Origin: Nitrospirota bacterium | GTDB lineage: Bacteria > Nitrospirota > Thermodesulfovibrionia > UBA6902 | Direction: 5' to 3' | Length of the DNA: 64,000 nt | Assembly: GCA_016222905.1 (NCBI GenBank) | Contig: JACRPZ010000017.1 | Location: 4,319 to 68,318 of the forward strand | Part shown: piece by piece, positions 18,626 to 28,164 of the stretch | Numbering within the stretch: the stretch's first letter is position 1 | Layout of the letters: each line of letters begins with the position of its first letter | Translations under genes and position numbers: made by a program | The notes under the pieces: generated by a model | What the model was told of the DNA's origin: nothing | The model's database searches: none | The model's input: the letters and a program-made list of their open reading frames with translations, nothing else

Positions 18626-20284
18626 ATGAAACGATTGAAAATAACAAAAGTGCGTTTAAAATTCCTGTTATTGGGAGGCAATGCAATGAGAAAAGTGATC
18701 ATTTTCCTGGCAGTTCCGCTTCTTGCCCTGGCGGGTATTGCTCAGGCAAGCGTATGCCCAACATCAAACGTCATTCAGGACCCGGCTGAGTTCCTGTGGA
18801 CTCAGCAAAATGGTTATTTGAGCGGGACCCTGGAAATCGGCAAGGCAACCCTTGACATCGGCGCCGACACCCTGACAACCAGGGCCTACCGTCAGGCGGG
18901 CGGAAGCTACGGTGTCCCCGGCCCGACGATCAGGATGACGCCGGGAAATACCTATGTCCTGACCCTCAAGAATTTGCTACCCTATGCGGCGCCGAGTACC
19001 ACTGAAAACAATTACAAGGACCCCGACATCACCAACCTTCACACCCACGGCCTGCACGTCTCACCCATGTCGCCCTCCGATGACGTAATGCGCGTCATCA
19101 ATGGCGGCTACTGCGGGGACTATGTGTATCAGGTGCCGGACGACCATATGGGGGGCACGTTATGGTATCACCCGCATCATCACGGCTCGACCTTTCTGCA
19201 GGTGTCAGGCGGTGCCTTCGGTCTTCTGCTAGTGGACGATTCTTACGACGGCATCCCGCCGGGCGTGGCTGACATGACTGAACGGCAGCTCGTCGTAGGG
19301 TATCTGGACCCCAGTGTTGCCGGTACCGGTGGCGACACTCTGATATCCGGCACACTTTCGTCCACCTGGACGGTGAATGGGAAAGTACGGGGGAATCTGT
19401 GCACCCCTGTGAATGAATGGCAGCACTGGCGCGTACTTCTTGCCGACAGCGACGCCATGCCGAGGACATTATCGGTCGGGGCGGGGTGCGAGGTAGCCCT
19501 CCTGGCCCGTGACGGCGTCTGGAGGACTCTTGCCCCCAAGCTGCTCCCGACCAACTCCCTTGAGCTGACCGGCGCCTCCAGGGCTGACCTGGCCATAAGG
19601 TGCAACACGGACTCTAACATCTCGGTCAATGGGACCATAGTCGCAAATGTGTTCGCGGATGCGACACTGCCTTACAATACGGCGGTGGGGCCCTATTCCA
19701 ATGGCTCTACCGGCGCCGCCTGGTCTGCTCAGCGGCCGGACTACCTGCGGGACCTTCGGAGCGTGACTTCGTACGAGCAACGTACCGTGAGCATGGGTGC
19801 GCGCACCATCAATGGCAGCAAGTTTAATATGGATGTGCCCACTTTCACCATACCGACAGGCCACGTGCAGCAGTGGAATATCAAGGCCGGCGCCCACCCC
19901 TTTCACCTCCACGTCTATCACTTTCAGATGAACGGCGCCTGCGGCGCGTTCGAGGACGGTGAATATTATGACACACTGGGCGGCGGTCCCTGCAACGCGC
20001 GCTTTGACCTGGACCCGGCAACCTCGAACGTCTATGACGGCACAACCGTCATGCACTGCCATATACTGGACCACGAGGACCAGGGGGCGATGGGCTGGTC
20101 TGACATCATCGGTGGTTTCGGTCCTCCCTCGTTCCCGGACCCTGCATTCCAGGAACTCTACCAGTGTGCCGGAACACCCCCTCCTCCGCCCACAGACTGC
20201 TCGATTTACATAGATCGAAAATCATGCAACAGCAACGCAACTTGCACATGGAAAGGCAAAACCGGTACATGTGTTAACCGCTAA
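18626..20284 (+). CDS. Multicopper oxidase (laccase/CueO-like) with a signal peptide and a Pro/Cys-rich C-terminal tail
   Basis: Copper-binding motifs HTHGLHV, WYHPHHHG and HCHILDHEDQGAMG. AGGAGG RBS 7 nt before the ATG at 18626. Tail PPPPPTDCSIYIDRKSCNSNATCTWKGKTGTCVNR. Confidence 0.85.
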   Translation: MKRLKITKVRLKFLLLGGNAMRKVIIFLAVPLLALAGIAQASVCPTSNVIQDPAEFLWTQQNGYLSGTLEIGKATLDIGADTLTTRAYRQAGGSYGVPGPTIRMTPGNTYVLTLKNLLPYAAPSTTENNYKDPDITNLHTHGLHVSPMSPSDDVMRVINGGYCGDYVYQVPDDHMGGTLWYHPHHHGSTFLQVSGGAFGLLLVDDSYDGIPPGVADMTERQLVVGYLDPSVAGTGGDTLISGTLSSTWTVNGKVRGNLCTPVNEWQHWRVLLADSDAMPRTLSVGAGCEVALLARDGVWRTLAPKLLPTNSLELTGASRADLAIRCNTDSNISVNGTIVANVFADATLPYNTAVGPYSNGSTGAAWSAQRPDYLRDLRSVTSYEQRTVSMGARTINGSKFNMDVPTFTIPTGHVQQWNIKAGAHPFHLHVYHFQMNGACGAFEDGEYYDTLGGGPCNARFDLDPATSNVYDGTTVMHCHILDHEDQGAMGWSDIIGGFGPPSFPDPAFQELYQCAGTPPPPPTDCSIYIDRKSCNSNATCTWKGKTGTCVNR

Positions 20285-20361
20285 AAATAGCTTGTTGTGA
20301 CGCGCGCAAGGGGGAGCATTAGCCGCTCCCCCTGAATTCCTTGGTCACCGGAGGATTTTCA

Positions 20362-21132
20362 ATGTTGGGAAGGACGCTCTGGAAAGGGTATATCCAATTC
20401 AGCGATATCAATGTGCCCGTGAAGCTGCATACCGCGGTGCAGCAGGATCGTATACAGTTTCATCTTCTGCACAAGCGTGATCATGTAAAATTGCACCAGC
20501 AAATGATCTGTGCGTATGAAAAAGTGCCCGTACCGCCGGAAGAACAGGCAAAAGGTTTTGAGCTGGAAGACAGAAAATATATCCTTGTCGATCCGGCAGA
20601 GCTCGAACAGGCCGATCCAAAAGACGGCCGGATGATCGAAGTCCACGAATTCGTCAAAGCCGGAGAGATCGCCCCTGTCTTCTTTGAACGCATGTACTAT
20701 CTGGAGCCCGATACCACCGTAAAAGAATACAGCGCGCTTGCCGGTGCATTGAAGGAAACGGGTGCGGCGGGCATCTGCACCTGGACCATGAGAAGGCGGT
20801 CCTATCTCGGGGCCTTGCAGATAAACGGGAAGGTCCTCTGCCTGAGCACCCTGAGATATGCCGATGAGGTTGTTCAGGCAAAAGCTCTCGAACTGCAGAA
20901 AGCCCCGCTGTCTGAAAAAGAACTGAAGATCGCAAGGGACCTGATCGATCAGTTGTCAGCCCCTTTTCAGCCGGAGAAATTCAAAAACGAACATCACAAA
21001 AAGCTTCAGGACTTGATAGATAAAAAAGCACGCGGAGAAAAAATCGTGCTCCTGCGTCCAAGACATTTAAAACCCACAGCGCCGGACAAACTTCTTGAGG
21101 CGCTTAAGGCGAGCATGAAGAAGGTCGCGTGA
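20362..21132 (+). CDS. ku: Ku protein (NHEJ)
   Basis: MLGRTLWKGYIQFSDINVPVKLHTA matches the Ku N-terminus. An alternative upstream start at 20341 adds 7 aa. Confidence 0.85.
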   Translation: MLGRTLWKGYIQFSDINVPVKLHTAVQQDRIQFHLLHKRDHVKLHQQMICAYEKVPVPPEEQAKGFELEDRKYILVDPAELEQADPKDGRMIEVHEFVKAGEIAPVFFERMYYLEPDTTVKEYSALAGALKETGAAGICTWTMRRRSYLGALQINGKVLCLSTLRYADEVVQAKALELQKAPLSEKELKIARDLIDQLSAPFQPEKFKNEHHKKLQDLIDKKARGEKIVLLRPRHLKPTAPDKLLEALKASMKKVA

Positions 21133-21149
21133 AGTATAAAAAGAAAAAA

Positions 21150-21250
21150 ATTAACCACAGAGAACACTGAGGTTACAGAGAGAGACTTAAAAATCTTTAA
21201 AAAATATTTTATTTTTTTCTCTGTGTACTCTGTGACCTCTGTGGTGAGAA
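21150..21250. promoter_or_regulatory. Imperfect inverted repeat (ccacagagaacactgaggttacagagag / ctctgtgtactctgtgacctctgtgg) around an AT-rich spacer, between the two ku genes
   Basis: Read directly from the sequence. Could be an attenuator, terminator or operator. Confidence 0.3.
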
Positions 21251-21253
21251 TTT

Positions 21254-22051
21254 TTGAGGAATGAAATGGCCTTACAGGAAATATGGAACGGTACAATAAG
21301 TTTCAGCCTGGTTGCGATCCCGGTAAAACTGGTCAGGGCTGTCGAGGCCGGGCGTGTCTCTTTTCGCAAGCTCCACAGCAAAGATTATTCGCCCCTCGCA
21401 AGAAAAATGTATTGTCCGAAAGAAGAAACAATAGTCCCGGCGGATGAGATAGTCAGGGGCTATGAGATCGCTCCCGATAAATACATAGTGATAACGGACA
21501 AAGAGCTGGAATCCGTATCTCCCGAACGAAGCCGCACGATCGAGATCATCGAGTTCATAGACATCAAGGATGTGGACCCGGTCTATTATGATCACCCGTA
21601 TTATCTTGTTCCTTCAAAGGGGGGAGAAAAGGCTTACCGGCTGCTGGTCGAGGTGCTGGACCGGACGCACAAGGCCGGGCTTGCAAAATTCGTTCTGCGG
21701 GAGCGTGAATATCTCGTTGCGGTCAAGAGCACGGACGGGGCACTGGCACTGATCACACTTCACTACAGCGGAGAAATACTTCCTGATGAGGACCTCGTGC
21801 CGAAAGAAGAAAAAGCTGAATCTGAAGAGAAGAGCCGCATGAAAAAGATCATTAAAAAAATGACCGCTGACTTCCATCCGGACAAATATGCTGACGAACG
21901 CCGGAAAAAGATCACAAAACTCCTGGAGAAGAAAGCGAAAAAACAAGGTACGGTCGAGGCGCCTGAGATCGAGGAGGAAGTAGAAGAAGGTGTGGTCGAT
22001 CTGGTCGCTGTTCTGGAGGAGAGCATGCGTAAAGTGAAAGAGCACAAGTGA
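21254..22051 (+). CDS. ku: Ku protein, second paralog
   Basis: LQEIWNGTISFSLVAIPVKLVRAVE is a Ku N-terminus. Lys-rich C-terminal tail. Possible alternative start at 21266. Confidence 0.85.
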   Translation: MRNEMALQEIWNGTISFSLVAIPVKLVRAVEAGRVSFRKLHSKDYSPLARKMYCPKEETIVPADEIVRGYEIAPDKYIVITDKELESVSPERSRTIEIIEFIDIKDVDPVYYDHPYYLVPSKGGEKAYRLLVEVLDRTHKAGLAKFVLREREYLVAVKSTDGALALITLHYSGEILPDEDLVPKEEKAESEEKSRMKKIIKKMTADFHPDKYADERRKKITKLLEKKAKKQGTVEAPEIEEEVEEGVVDLVAVLEESMRKVKEHK

Positions 22052-22968
22052 ACAGAAAAGTTGTTGAAGCTGCCGGGAAAAGACTTTCCTTGTCGAACCT
22101 GAAAAAGGACCTCTATCCCTCCTATGGTTTCACGAAGGCCCAAGTCCTTGATTACTACCGCAAGATAGCGGACTTCATCCTGCCGCATTTGAAAGACCGG
22201 GCGCTGACCTTAAAGCGCTACCCGGACGGAACGGAAAAGGATTACTTTTTCGAGAAGCGCTGTCCTGTGCATCGTCCAGCCTGGGTGAAAACAGCAGAGG
22301 TGCATCATAAAGAAGTGCGCTTGACAGCCTGCCTTGTCAACGATCTCGAAACGCTCATATGGGTAGAGAATCTTGCGTCACTTGAGCTGCATGTGCCTCT
22401 GGCAAGGGCCGGCTCCCCTAAGACGCCCGATTCCATAGTTTTTGATCTTGATCCAGGCGATAAGGCAGACATTCTGGATTGCTCGAAGGTAGCCATGATA
22501 CTTAGAGACCTGCTCTCCCAAATGAAGCTTGCAAGCTATCTAAAGACCTCAGGCAAAAAAGGACTCCACGTATATGTCCCATTGAACCGCAAAGAGGCGA
22601 CCTTTGAGGAGACCAAGAAATTTTCTAAAGCCGTGGCAGAAGTCCTGCAGCGCAACTATCCTGAACTGGTCACCGCAAAAATGACGAAGGAAGAGCGGAC
22701 AAAGAGGGTCTTCATCAACTGGTCTCAGAACGACCCCTCAAAGACAATGATCTGCGTATACTCACTTCGCGCAGGTGAAAAACCGGTCGTCTCGTTCCCT
22801 CTTGAATGGGAGGAACTGGAAATGCTGGCTAAAAAGGGTGATCCTAAAAAGTTCAGGATCCTGCATTCGGAGGCTGTGAGCAGGTTAGAGAAAAAAGGCG
22901 ACCTTTTCCGGGAACTTCTCACTAAAAAACAGAAGCTGCCGTTAGGCAGCTCTGATACATTGAGGTAA
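22048..22968 (+). CDS. ligD: LigD polymerase/primase domain protein (stand-alone NHEJ polymerase)
   Basis: KRLSLSNLKKDLYPSYGFTKAQVLDYYRKIADFILPHLKDRALTLKRYPDG is the classic LigD Pol-domain N-terminus. 4-bp ATGA overlap with ku. Confidence 0.85.
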   Translation: MNRKVVEAAGKRLSLSNLKKDLYPSYGFTKAQVLDYYRKIADFILPHLKDRALTLKRYPDGTEKDYFFEKRCPVHRPAWVKTAEVHHKEVRLTACLVNDLETLIWVENLASLELHVPLARAGSPKTPDSIVFDLDPGDKADILDCSKVAMILRDLLSQMKLASYLKTSGKKGLHVYVPLNRKEATFEETKKFSKAVAEVLQRNYPELVTAKMTKEERTKRVFINWSQNDPSKTMICVYSLRAGEKPVVSFPLEWEELEMLAKKGDPKKFRILHSEAVSRLEKKGDLFRELLTKKQKLPLGSSDTLR

Positions 22969-22974
22969 ACGCAT

Positions 22975-23244
22975 ATGTGCAGAAACATCAAGACCCTCTT
23001 CAACTTCGAACCGCCCGTGACCGACGACGAGATACGCGAGGCCGCGCTACAATTTGTGAGAAAAGTAAGCGGATTTCACAAGCCGTCGAAGGCCAACGAA
23101 GTTACATTCCTTGAGACTGTTGAAGAGATAGCTGCAGCTTCCAAAAAACTTCTTAGCTCGCTTGAGACGAACGCGCCGCCAAAGGACCGCGCGGAAGAGG
23201 CTGCCAAGGCGCGGGCACGCGCTGCAAAGAAGTTTTCAAGGTAA
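22975..23244 (+). CDS. Small conserved protein, probably DUF2277 family
   Basis: 89 aa. MCRNIKTLFNFEPPVTDDEIREAALQFVRKVSGF resembles the DUF2277 N-terminus. Confidence 0.5.
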   Translation: MCRNIKTLFNFEPPVTDDEIREAALQFVRKVSGFHKPSKANEVTFLETVEEIAAASKKLLSSLETNAPPKDRAEEAAKARARAAKKFSR

Positions 23245-23245
23245 C

Positions 23246-24829
23246 ATGGGATTAAGAGAATACAAAACCAAACGGAAATTCGGGAAAACGCCGGAGCCTG
23301 AGCCGAAGGAACGCACTGAAGGAGACCAACTCATTTTTGTCGTGCATAAGCACGCGGCGCGAAACCTCCATTATGACCTTAGGCTTAAGATGGATGGTGT
23401 TCTCAAGAGCTGGGCTGTGCCGAAGGGGCCTTCGCTGGATCCTTCTATAAAAAGGCTCGCCATGATGGTTGAAGACCACCCGTTTGATTACAAAGATTTT
23501 GAAGGCGTCATACCTGAGGGTAATTACGGAGCCGGGAGCGTGATCATCTGGGACAGGGGATTTTATCGTCATCCTTCAGTAAAAGACAAAAAGGAAAGTG
23601 AAAAGCTTCTCAGGGACGGATTAAAAAAGGGCGACCTGAAGTTTGTGCTCAATGGAAAAAAGCTTCAGGGAGAATTCGCCCTTGTGAGGATGCGGAAAGA
23701 TGAGAAGTCATGGCTGCTTATTAAGAAAAAAGACCGGCATGCAAGTGAAGTATCCATTTTGAAAGAGAACCGTTCCGCAGTATCGGGTAAGACCCTGGAG
23801 GATGTTGCCGAAGCCGGGCCGAGGGAATCTTTCAAACAAAAGAAAGTGAAACAGATACGCCTGCGTGAAGCTCTGGAGGATGAAGACTTGAAGGATGCAC
23901 CGGTTGGCCCGATGCCGCACAATATAAAACCTATGCTTGCGACCCTGGTCAAAAAACCGTTCGATCATCCGGACTGGATCTTTGAGATGAAATGGGACGG
24001 ATACCGGGCCATTGCCGAGATCCGGGATGGTGATGTTTCGATTTATTCCCGCAACCGGATATCATTCACGCAAAAGTTTCTTCCCATTACCGATGCACTG
24101 CGGAAACTCGGATTTGATGCTCTTCTGGACGGAGAGATCGTTGTTGTTAATGATCAGGGACATCCTGATTTCGAGATGCTGCAGAATTATCAAAAATCAG
24201 GAAGCGGTCATCTGCTCTATTACGTCTTTGATCTCCTTCACTTCCGGGAACATGATCTGACGGGCTTGCCACTGCTCAGGAGAAAAGAACTCCTGAAAAA
24301 AATCCTCCCGTCATCCCCAAAAATAAAATTCAGCGATCACGTATTGAAAGAGGGCATTCTATTTTTCAATGTCGTCAGGGAAAAAGGACTTGAGGGGATG
24401 ATCGCCAAGCATTCTCAAAGCGCGTACCAAGCGGGTAAAAGAAGCAGGCAGTGGCTGAAGGTGAAGGCGCGGCTCACGCAGGAGTGCGTGATCGCGGGGT
24501 TCACGGAACCTGGAGGCGGCAGAAAATATTTCGGTTCTCTTGTCCTAAGCATGTATGATGAGGACGAGTTGAAATACATCGGTCATTCAGGAGGCGGGTT
24601 CGAGGAAAAAGATCTAAAGGTAATATTCAATAAATTGAAGCCGCTGATCCAAAAAAAATGCCCCTTTAAGATTGAGCCTGAGACCAATACCCCTGTCACA
24701 TGGGTAAAGCCGGAACTCGTCTGCGAGGTCACTTTCACAGGCTGGACTGAAGACGGCATCATGAGGCAGCCCGTTTTTCTGCGGCTGCGCGAGGATAAAC
24801 CCGCTCGCGAAGTTGTGAAGGAGAATTGA
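23246..24829 (+). CDS. ligD: LigD 3'-phosphoesterase domain fused to an ATP-dependent DNA ligase domain
   Basis: HYDLRLKMDGVLKSWAVPKGPSLDP is the phosphoesterase domain. KxDG motif EMKWDGYRAI in the ligase domain. Starts 2 bp after the previous gene. Confidence 0.85.
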   Translation: MGLREYKTKRKFGKTPEPEPKERTEGDQLIFVVHKHAARNLHYDLRLKMDGVLKSWAVPKGPSLDPSIKRLAMMVEDHPFDYKDFEGVIPEGNYGAGSVIIWDRGFYRHPSVKDKKESEKLLRDGLKKGDLKFVLNGKKLQGEFALVRMRKDEKSWLLIKKKDRHASEVSILKENRSAVSGKTLEDVAEAGPRESFKQKKVKQIRLREALEDEDLKDAPVGPMPHNIKPMLATLVKKPFDHPDWIFEMKWDGYRAIAEIRDGDVSIYSRNRISFTQKFLPITDALRKLGFDALLDGEIVVVNDQGHPDFEMLQNYQKSGSGHLLYYVFDLLHFREHDLTGLPLLRRKELLKKILPSSPKIKFSDHVLKEGILFFNVVREKGLEGMIAKHSQSAYQAGKRSRQWLKVKARLTQECVIAGFTEPGGGRKYFGSLVLSMYDEDELKYIGHSGGGFEEKDLKVIFNKLKPLIQKKCPFKIEPETNTPVTWVKPELVCEVTFTGWTEDGIMRQPVFLRLREDKPAREVVKEN

Positions 24830-24960
24830 AAATAGGGACAAAGGCACAAAGCTTAAAAACATTAAATACACTTTTTCTTTGTGCCTTGTCTATCATAGTC
24901 TGTGTAAGTCAGCGGCTAAATGCCGTTTTTAAGATTATATAAAAAGAAAAGGAGGGCGCT

Positions 24961-25923
24961 ATGAAAGCGATACGTATCCACGAATTCGGAAATCCTGAAG
25001 TAATGAAGATAGAGGAAATACCCGATCCAAAACCGGGGGCAGGGCAGGTTGCGGTTCGAATTTATGCAGTTGGTGTAAATCCTGTTGACACATATATCAG
25101 GTCAGGACTCTATCCCTTAAAACCTGAATTGCCTTTTACTCCGGGCATGGACGCTGCCGGTGTTGTTGAAGCCGTAGGTGACGGTGTTAAGAAATTCAAT
25201 CCGGGAGACAGGGTTTACATTGCAGGGACAATAAGCGGCTCGTATGCTGAAAAGGCGGTCTGCAAGGAATCACAGGTACATCAGCTTCCGCAGAAACTCT
25301 CTTTTGAGCAGGGCGCTGCTATTGGCGTGCCTTACGGCGCCGCGTATCGCGCCCTTTTTCAGAGGGCCAAGGCAATCCCCGGTGAGGTGGTGCTTATTCA
25401 TGGCGCAAGCGGCGGGGTAGGAATTGCAGCAGTGCAGCTGGCACGCGCGGCAGGTATGCATGTTATCGGCACGGCAGGGACTGAGAAAGGCCGTCTTCTC
25501 GTGAGAGAGCAGGGCGCGCATCATGTGTTTGATCATCACGCATCCGACCATATGGAAGAGATCCTTAAATTGACGGACGGCAGAGGTGTTGATGTGGTAC
25601 TCGAAATACTCGCCAATGTCAATCTGGGCAAGGACCTCGGCATCCTGGCGCAGGACGGCCGCGTTGTAATAATCGGAAGCCGGGGTACTGTTGAAATAGA
25701 CCCGCGTGAGGCTATGAGACGCGATGCCGTTATACTTGGGATGGTCTTGATGAACGCCACCGAGTCCGAGATCTTCAGCATCTATTCCGCGCTTGCTGCT
25801 GGCCTTGAAAACGGCACGTTATCTCCGGTTATCGCCAAGGAATTGCCTTTGCAGGAAGCAGCCCGCGCCCATCACGAAATAATGGAATCGAACTCTTTCG
25901 GGAAAATAGTTTTACAACCCTGA
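24961..25923 (+). CDS. NADPH:quinone oxidoreductase / zinc-type alcohol dehydrogenase superfamily (Qor-like)
   Basis: 320 aa. GAGQVAVRIYAVGVNPVDT and a GASGGVGIAAVQLA Rossmann motif. Confidence 0.85.
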   Translation: MKAIRIHEFGNPEVMKIEEIPDPKPGAGQVAVRIYAVGVNPVDTYIRSGLYPLKPELPFTPGMDAAGVVEAVGDGVKKFNPGDRVYIAGTISGSYAEKAVCKESQVHQLPQKLSFEQGAAIGVPYGAAYRALFQRAKAIPGEVVLIHGASGGVGIAAVQLARAAGMHVIGTAGTEKGRLLVREQGAHHVFDHHASDHMEEILKLTDGRGVDVVLEILANVNLGKDLGILAQDGRVVIIGSRGTVEIDPREAMRRDAVILGMVLMNATESEIFSIYSALAAGLENGTLSPVIAKELPLQEAARAHHEIMESNSFGKIVLQP

Positions 25924-25977
25924 AAGTCCTGATATGGATACAAGCGCAAAGATAAGATGATTGGCGAGAGAGGCGCT

Positions 25978-27159
25978 TTATCTCGGCAGGATGCGGTAGA
26001 TATGGTCATCACCTTCTCTCACGCTCCCTCTGCTGTCCCTGTTGCTCGTGAGAAAGTACAAAAAACCATCCGGGCCCTCAACAACATCCCTTATCCTTCC
26101 ATACCTGCTTTTTTTATCTGCGTCTGAAAACCATCTCTCTATCTTGAGGACTTTATGTTTCTTCCCTTCACGTGAAAGCCTTATTCTGATGAGCGCCTCG
26201 CTTCCCAGCGTGGCAGCAAAGAGGTCTCCCTTTAAGTGAGCAAGTTTTGTACCTTTATAAAAAGTGATCCCTGAGGGCGGGGTTGTTTTTTTCCAGACTA
26301 TGAGAGGGTCGACATACGGCTTCTTTCCCGACGCTCCGACTGTTTCGGGCCAACCGTAGTTGCCGCCTTTCTGTATGATATTTATTTCATCATTTGCCCT
26401 GAGCAGGTATTCGCCTGAGGGACCGTGTTCGGATTCAAAAAGCTCCGCTGTGTCTGGGTTCCACGCAAGCCCCTGTGGATTACGATGGCCATATGAATAT
26501 ATTGGAGAGTTTCTGAAAGGATTATCCCTCGGGATATCCCCTTCAGATGTGACTCTTAATATCTTTCCGCCGAGTGAATTGAAATCCTGCGCAAGGTCCG
26601 ATTTAAATGTTTCGCCCGCGGTTATGTACAGCATCCCGTCAGGGCCGAACGCGATCCTGCCGCCGTTGTGAACTCTTGCTCCGGGAATCCTGTCTATTAT
26701 CACCTTATCGAAGGTCCCTTTGTCACCATTGTCCTTAAGCCTTATTACCTTGTTATAAATGTCACCCTCTTTTTTATATGTGTGCATGGCGTATATGAAG
26801 GGTTTCTTCGGAAATTCAGGATGGAGCGCCAGCCCCATCAGGCCGCCTTCTCCTGAAGGATGGACATCAAGCTTTACGTAAGGAGCTTCCTGAGGTTTGC
26901 CGTCTTTTATAAGCCTGATGCTTCCGGGCCTCTCACTGACGAGCGCCCTTCCATCAGGAAGAAAGATCAGAGACCACGGGATATCCAGATTGTCTATCCA
27001 CGATTCTACCTTTACTCCGTCACCGTCCGGCAGAAAGATGTCCTTCAGATCCTGCGGCTCACCTCCGACTGTGGGAAAGCAATATCCTGTTTGTGAAGAT
27101 AGAAGAATTAAAATGGAGATAAATATTGTCTGGATCATTATTTTGTTGCTGTCCTTCAT
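25978..27159 (-). CDS. PQQ-dependent sugar dehydrogenase-like beta-propeller (soluble glucose/sorbosone dehydrogenase family)
   Basis: 393 aa with a signal peptide. PWSLIFLPDGRALVSERPGSIRLI and HNGGRIAFGPDGMLYIT are typical. Confidence 0.75.
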   Translation of the reverse strand: MKDSNKIMIQTIFISILILLSSQTGYCFPTVGGEPQDLKDIFLPDGDGVKVESWIDNLDIPWSLIFLPDGRALVSERPGSIRLIKDGKPQEAPYVKLDVHPSGEGGLMGLALHPEFPKKPFIYAMHTYKKEGDIYNKVIRLKDNGDKGTFDKVIIDRIPGARVHNGGRIAFGPDGMLYITAGETFKSDLAQDFNSLGGKILRVTSEGDIPRDNPFRNSPIYSYGHRNPQGLAWNPDTAELFESEHGPSGEYLLRANDEINIIQKGGNYGWPETVGASGKKPYVDPLIVWKKTTPPSGITFYKGTKLAHLKGDLFAATLGSEALIRIRLSREGKKHKVLKIERWFSDADKKSRYGRIRDVVEGPDGFLYFLTSNRDSRGSVREGDDHIYRILPR

Positions 27160-27174
27160 ACTGCAATTTTATCA

Positions 27175-27412
27175 CATGGTTTTAAAAAACATTCCCCTGC
27201 AGCCGCCGAGCAACACGGAAGTTACTATCGGTCATAACGTAAACAGCAAAAAAGAAGTTGATGCAGTTATTAAGCAGGCAAAAGAAGCTGGGGTAAAGAT
27301 AGTCAAATCAGCCGAAGATACCTTTTGGGACGGCTATGGCGGTTATTTTCAGGATCCCGACGGTCATCTGTGGGAAGTAGCCTGGAATCCACAAATGATC
27401 ATAGAGGATTAA
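27175..27412 (+). pseudogene. Truncated VOC paralog (C-terminal module only, about 79 aa from a possible ATG at 27175)
   Basis: About 85% nucleotide identity to 5510..5728 of the intact VOC gene. No N-terminal module. The long track ORF 26897..27412 is antisense read-through of the dehydrogenase gene. Confidence 0.5.
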
Positions 27413-27449
27413 TGCGCTTAACGGAAAAGCCATATGTTAAAATATTAGG

Positions 27450-28115
27450 GTGGATACAATTGTATTCCGGCCACACGCGCATAAAGAAGCTTTTTACAGA
27501 TGGGCAAGCGCCCTCGCTCTCACTACTATTCTCTACAACCTCATCGAAGGCATTGTCTCTGTGTTCTTTGGGTACGAAGACGGCACGGTCGCGCTTTTCG
27601 GCTTCGGGGTTGATTCTTTCGTTGAGGTGATCTCAGGGCTCGGCATTTGGCACATGATCCGGCGAATGAAGCAGAACAGCAGCGAAAATCATGATTACTT
27701 TGAAAAAACTGCTCTGAAGGTCACAGGAACTGCCTTTTATATCCTGACTGCAGGACTGTTTGGCACGGCCTTAGTCAATCTCTACCAGGGTCATAAGCCT
27801 GAGACCACATTTTGGGGCATTGTTGTGGCAGGCATCTCAATCCTTGCCATGTGGCTGCTCATTCATTACAAACTGAAGATCGGCAGGCAGTTCAATTCCC
27901 GGGCACTTATCGCCGATGCCAACTGCACGCGAGTATGTATATATCTTTCAGTGATTCTCCTTATTTCAAGCATGGCCTATGAACTCACCGGTATAGGCGT
28001 GCTTGACTCTCTAGGAGCTATCGGAATTGCTGTGCTTTCGTTTAAAGAAGGTCGAGAGGCATTTGAAAAGGCAAAGGGCGATTTGATATGCTCTTGCCAA
28101 GGTAGCTGTAAGTAA
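27450..28115 (+). CDS. Cation-efflux-family-like membrane protein (TM domain only, C-terminal CxCxGxC)
   Basis: 221 aa and about 6 TM. Paralog of 52891..53556 (LEGIVSV.FG.EDGT.ALFGFGVDSFVEVISG). C-terminal CSCQGSCK. Confidence 0.55.
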   Translation: MDTIVFRPHAHKEAFYRWASALALTTILYNLIEGIVSVFFGYEDGTVALFGFGVDSFVEVISGLGIWHMIRRMKQNSSENHDYFEKTALKVTGTAFYILTAGLFGTALVNLYQGHKPETTFWGIVVAGISILAMWLLIHYKLKIGRQFNSRALIADANCTRVCIYLSVILLISSMAYELTGIGVLDSLGAIGIAVLSFKEGREAFEKAKGDLICSCQGSCK

Positions 28116-28164
28116 TCGCAGAAATAATCGCTATTTTCTCCTCATATCAGTTGAATCCTGCTCC

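Noticed and set aside
23162-23245. Arg-rich N-terminal extension of the LigD phosphoesterase-ligase ORF
   Set aside because: It overlaps the preceding small gene in another frame. The ATG at 23246 sits 2 bp after that gene's stop and fits the family N-terminus.
26897-27412. 171-aa ORF spanning the antisense of the PQQ dehydrogenase gene and the VOC fragment
   Set aside because: Only the last 75 residues or so resemble VOC. The upstream part is antisense read-through of a well-supported gene. It is treated as a truncated VOC remnant starting at 27175 at most.
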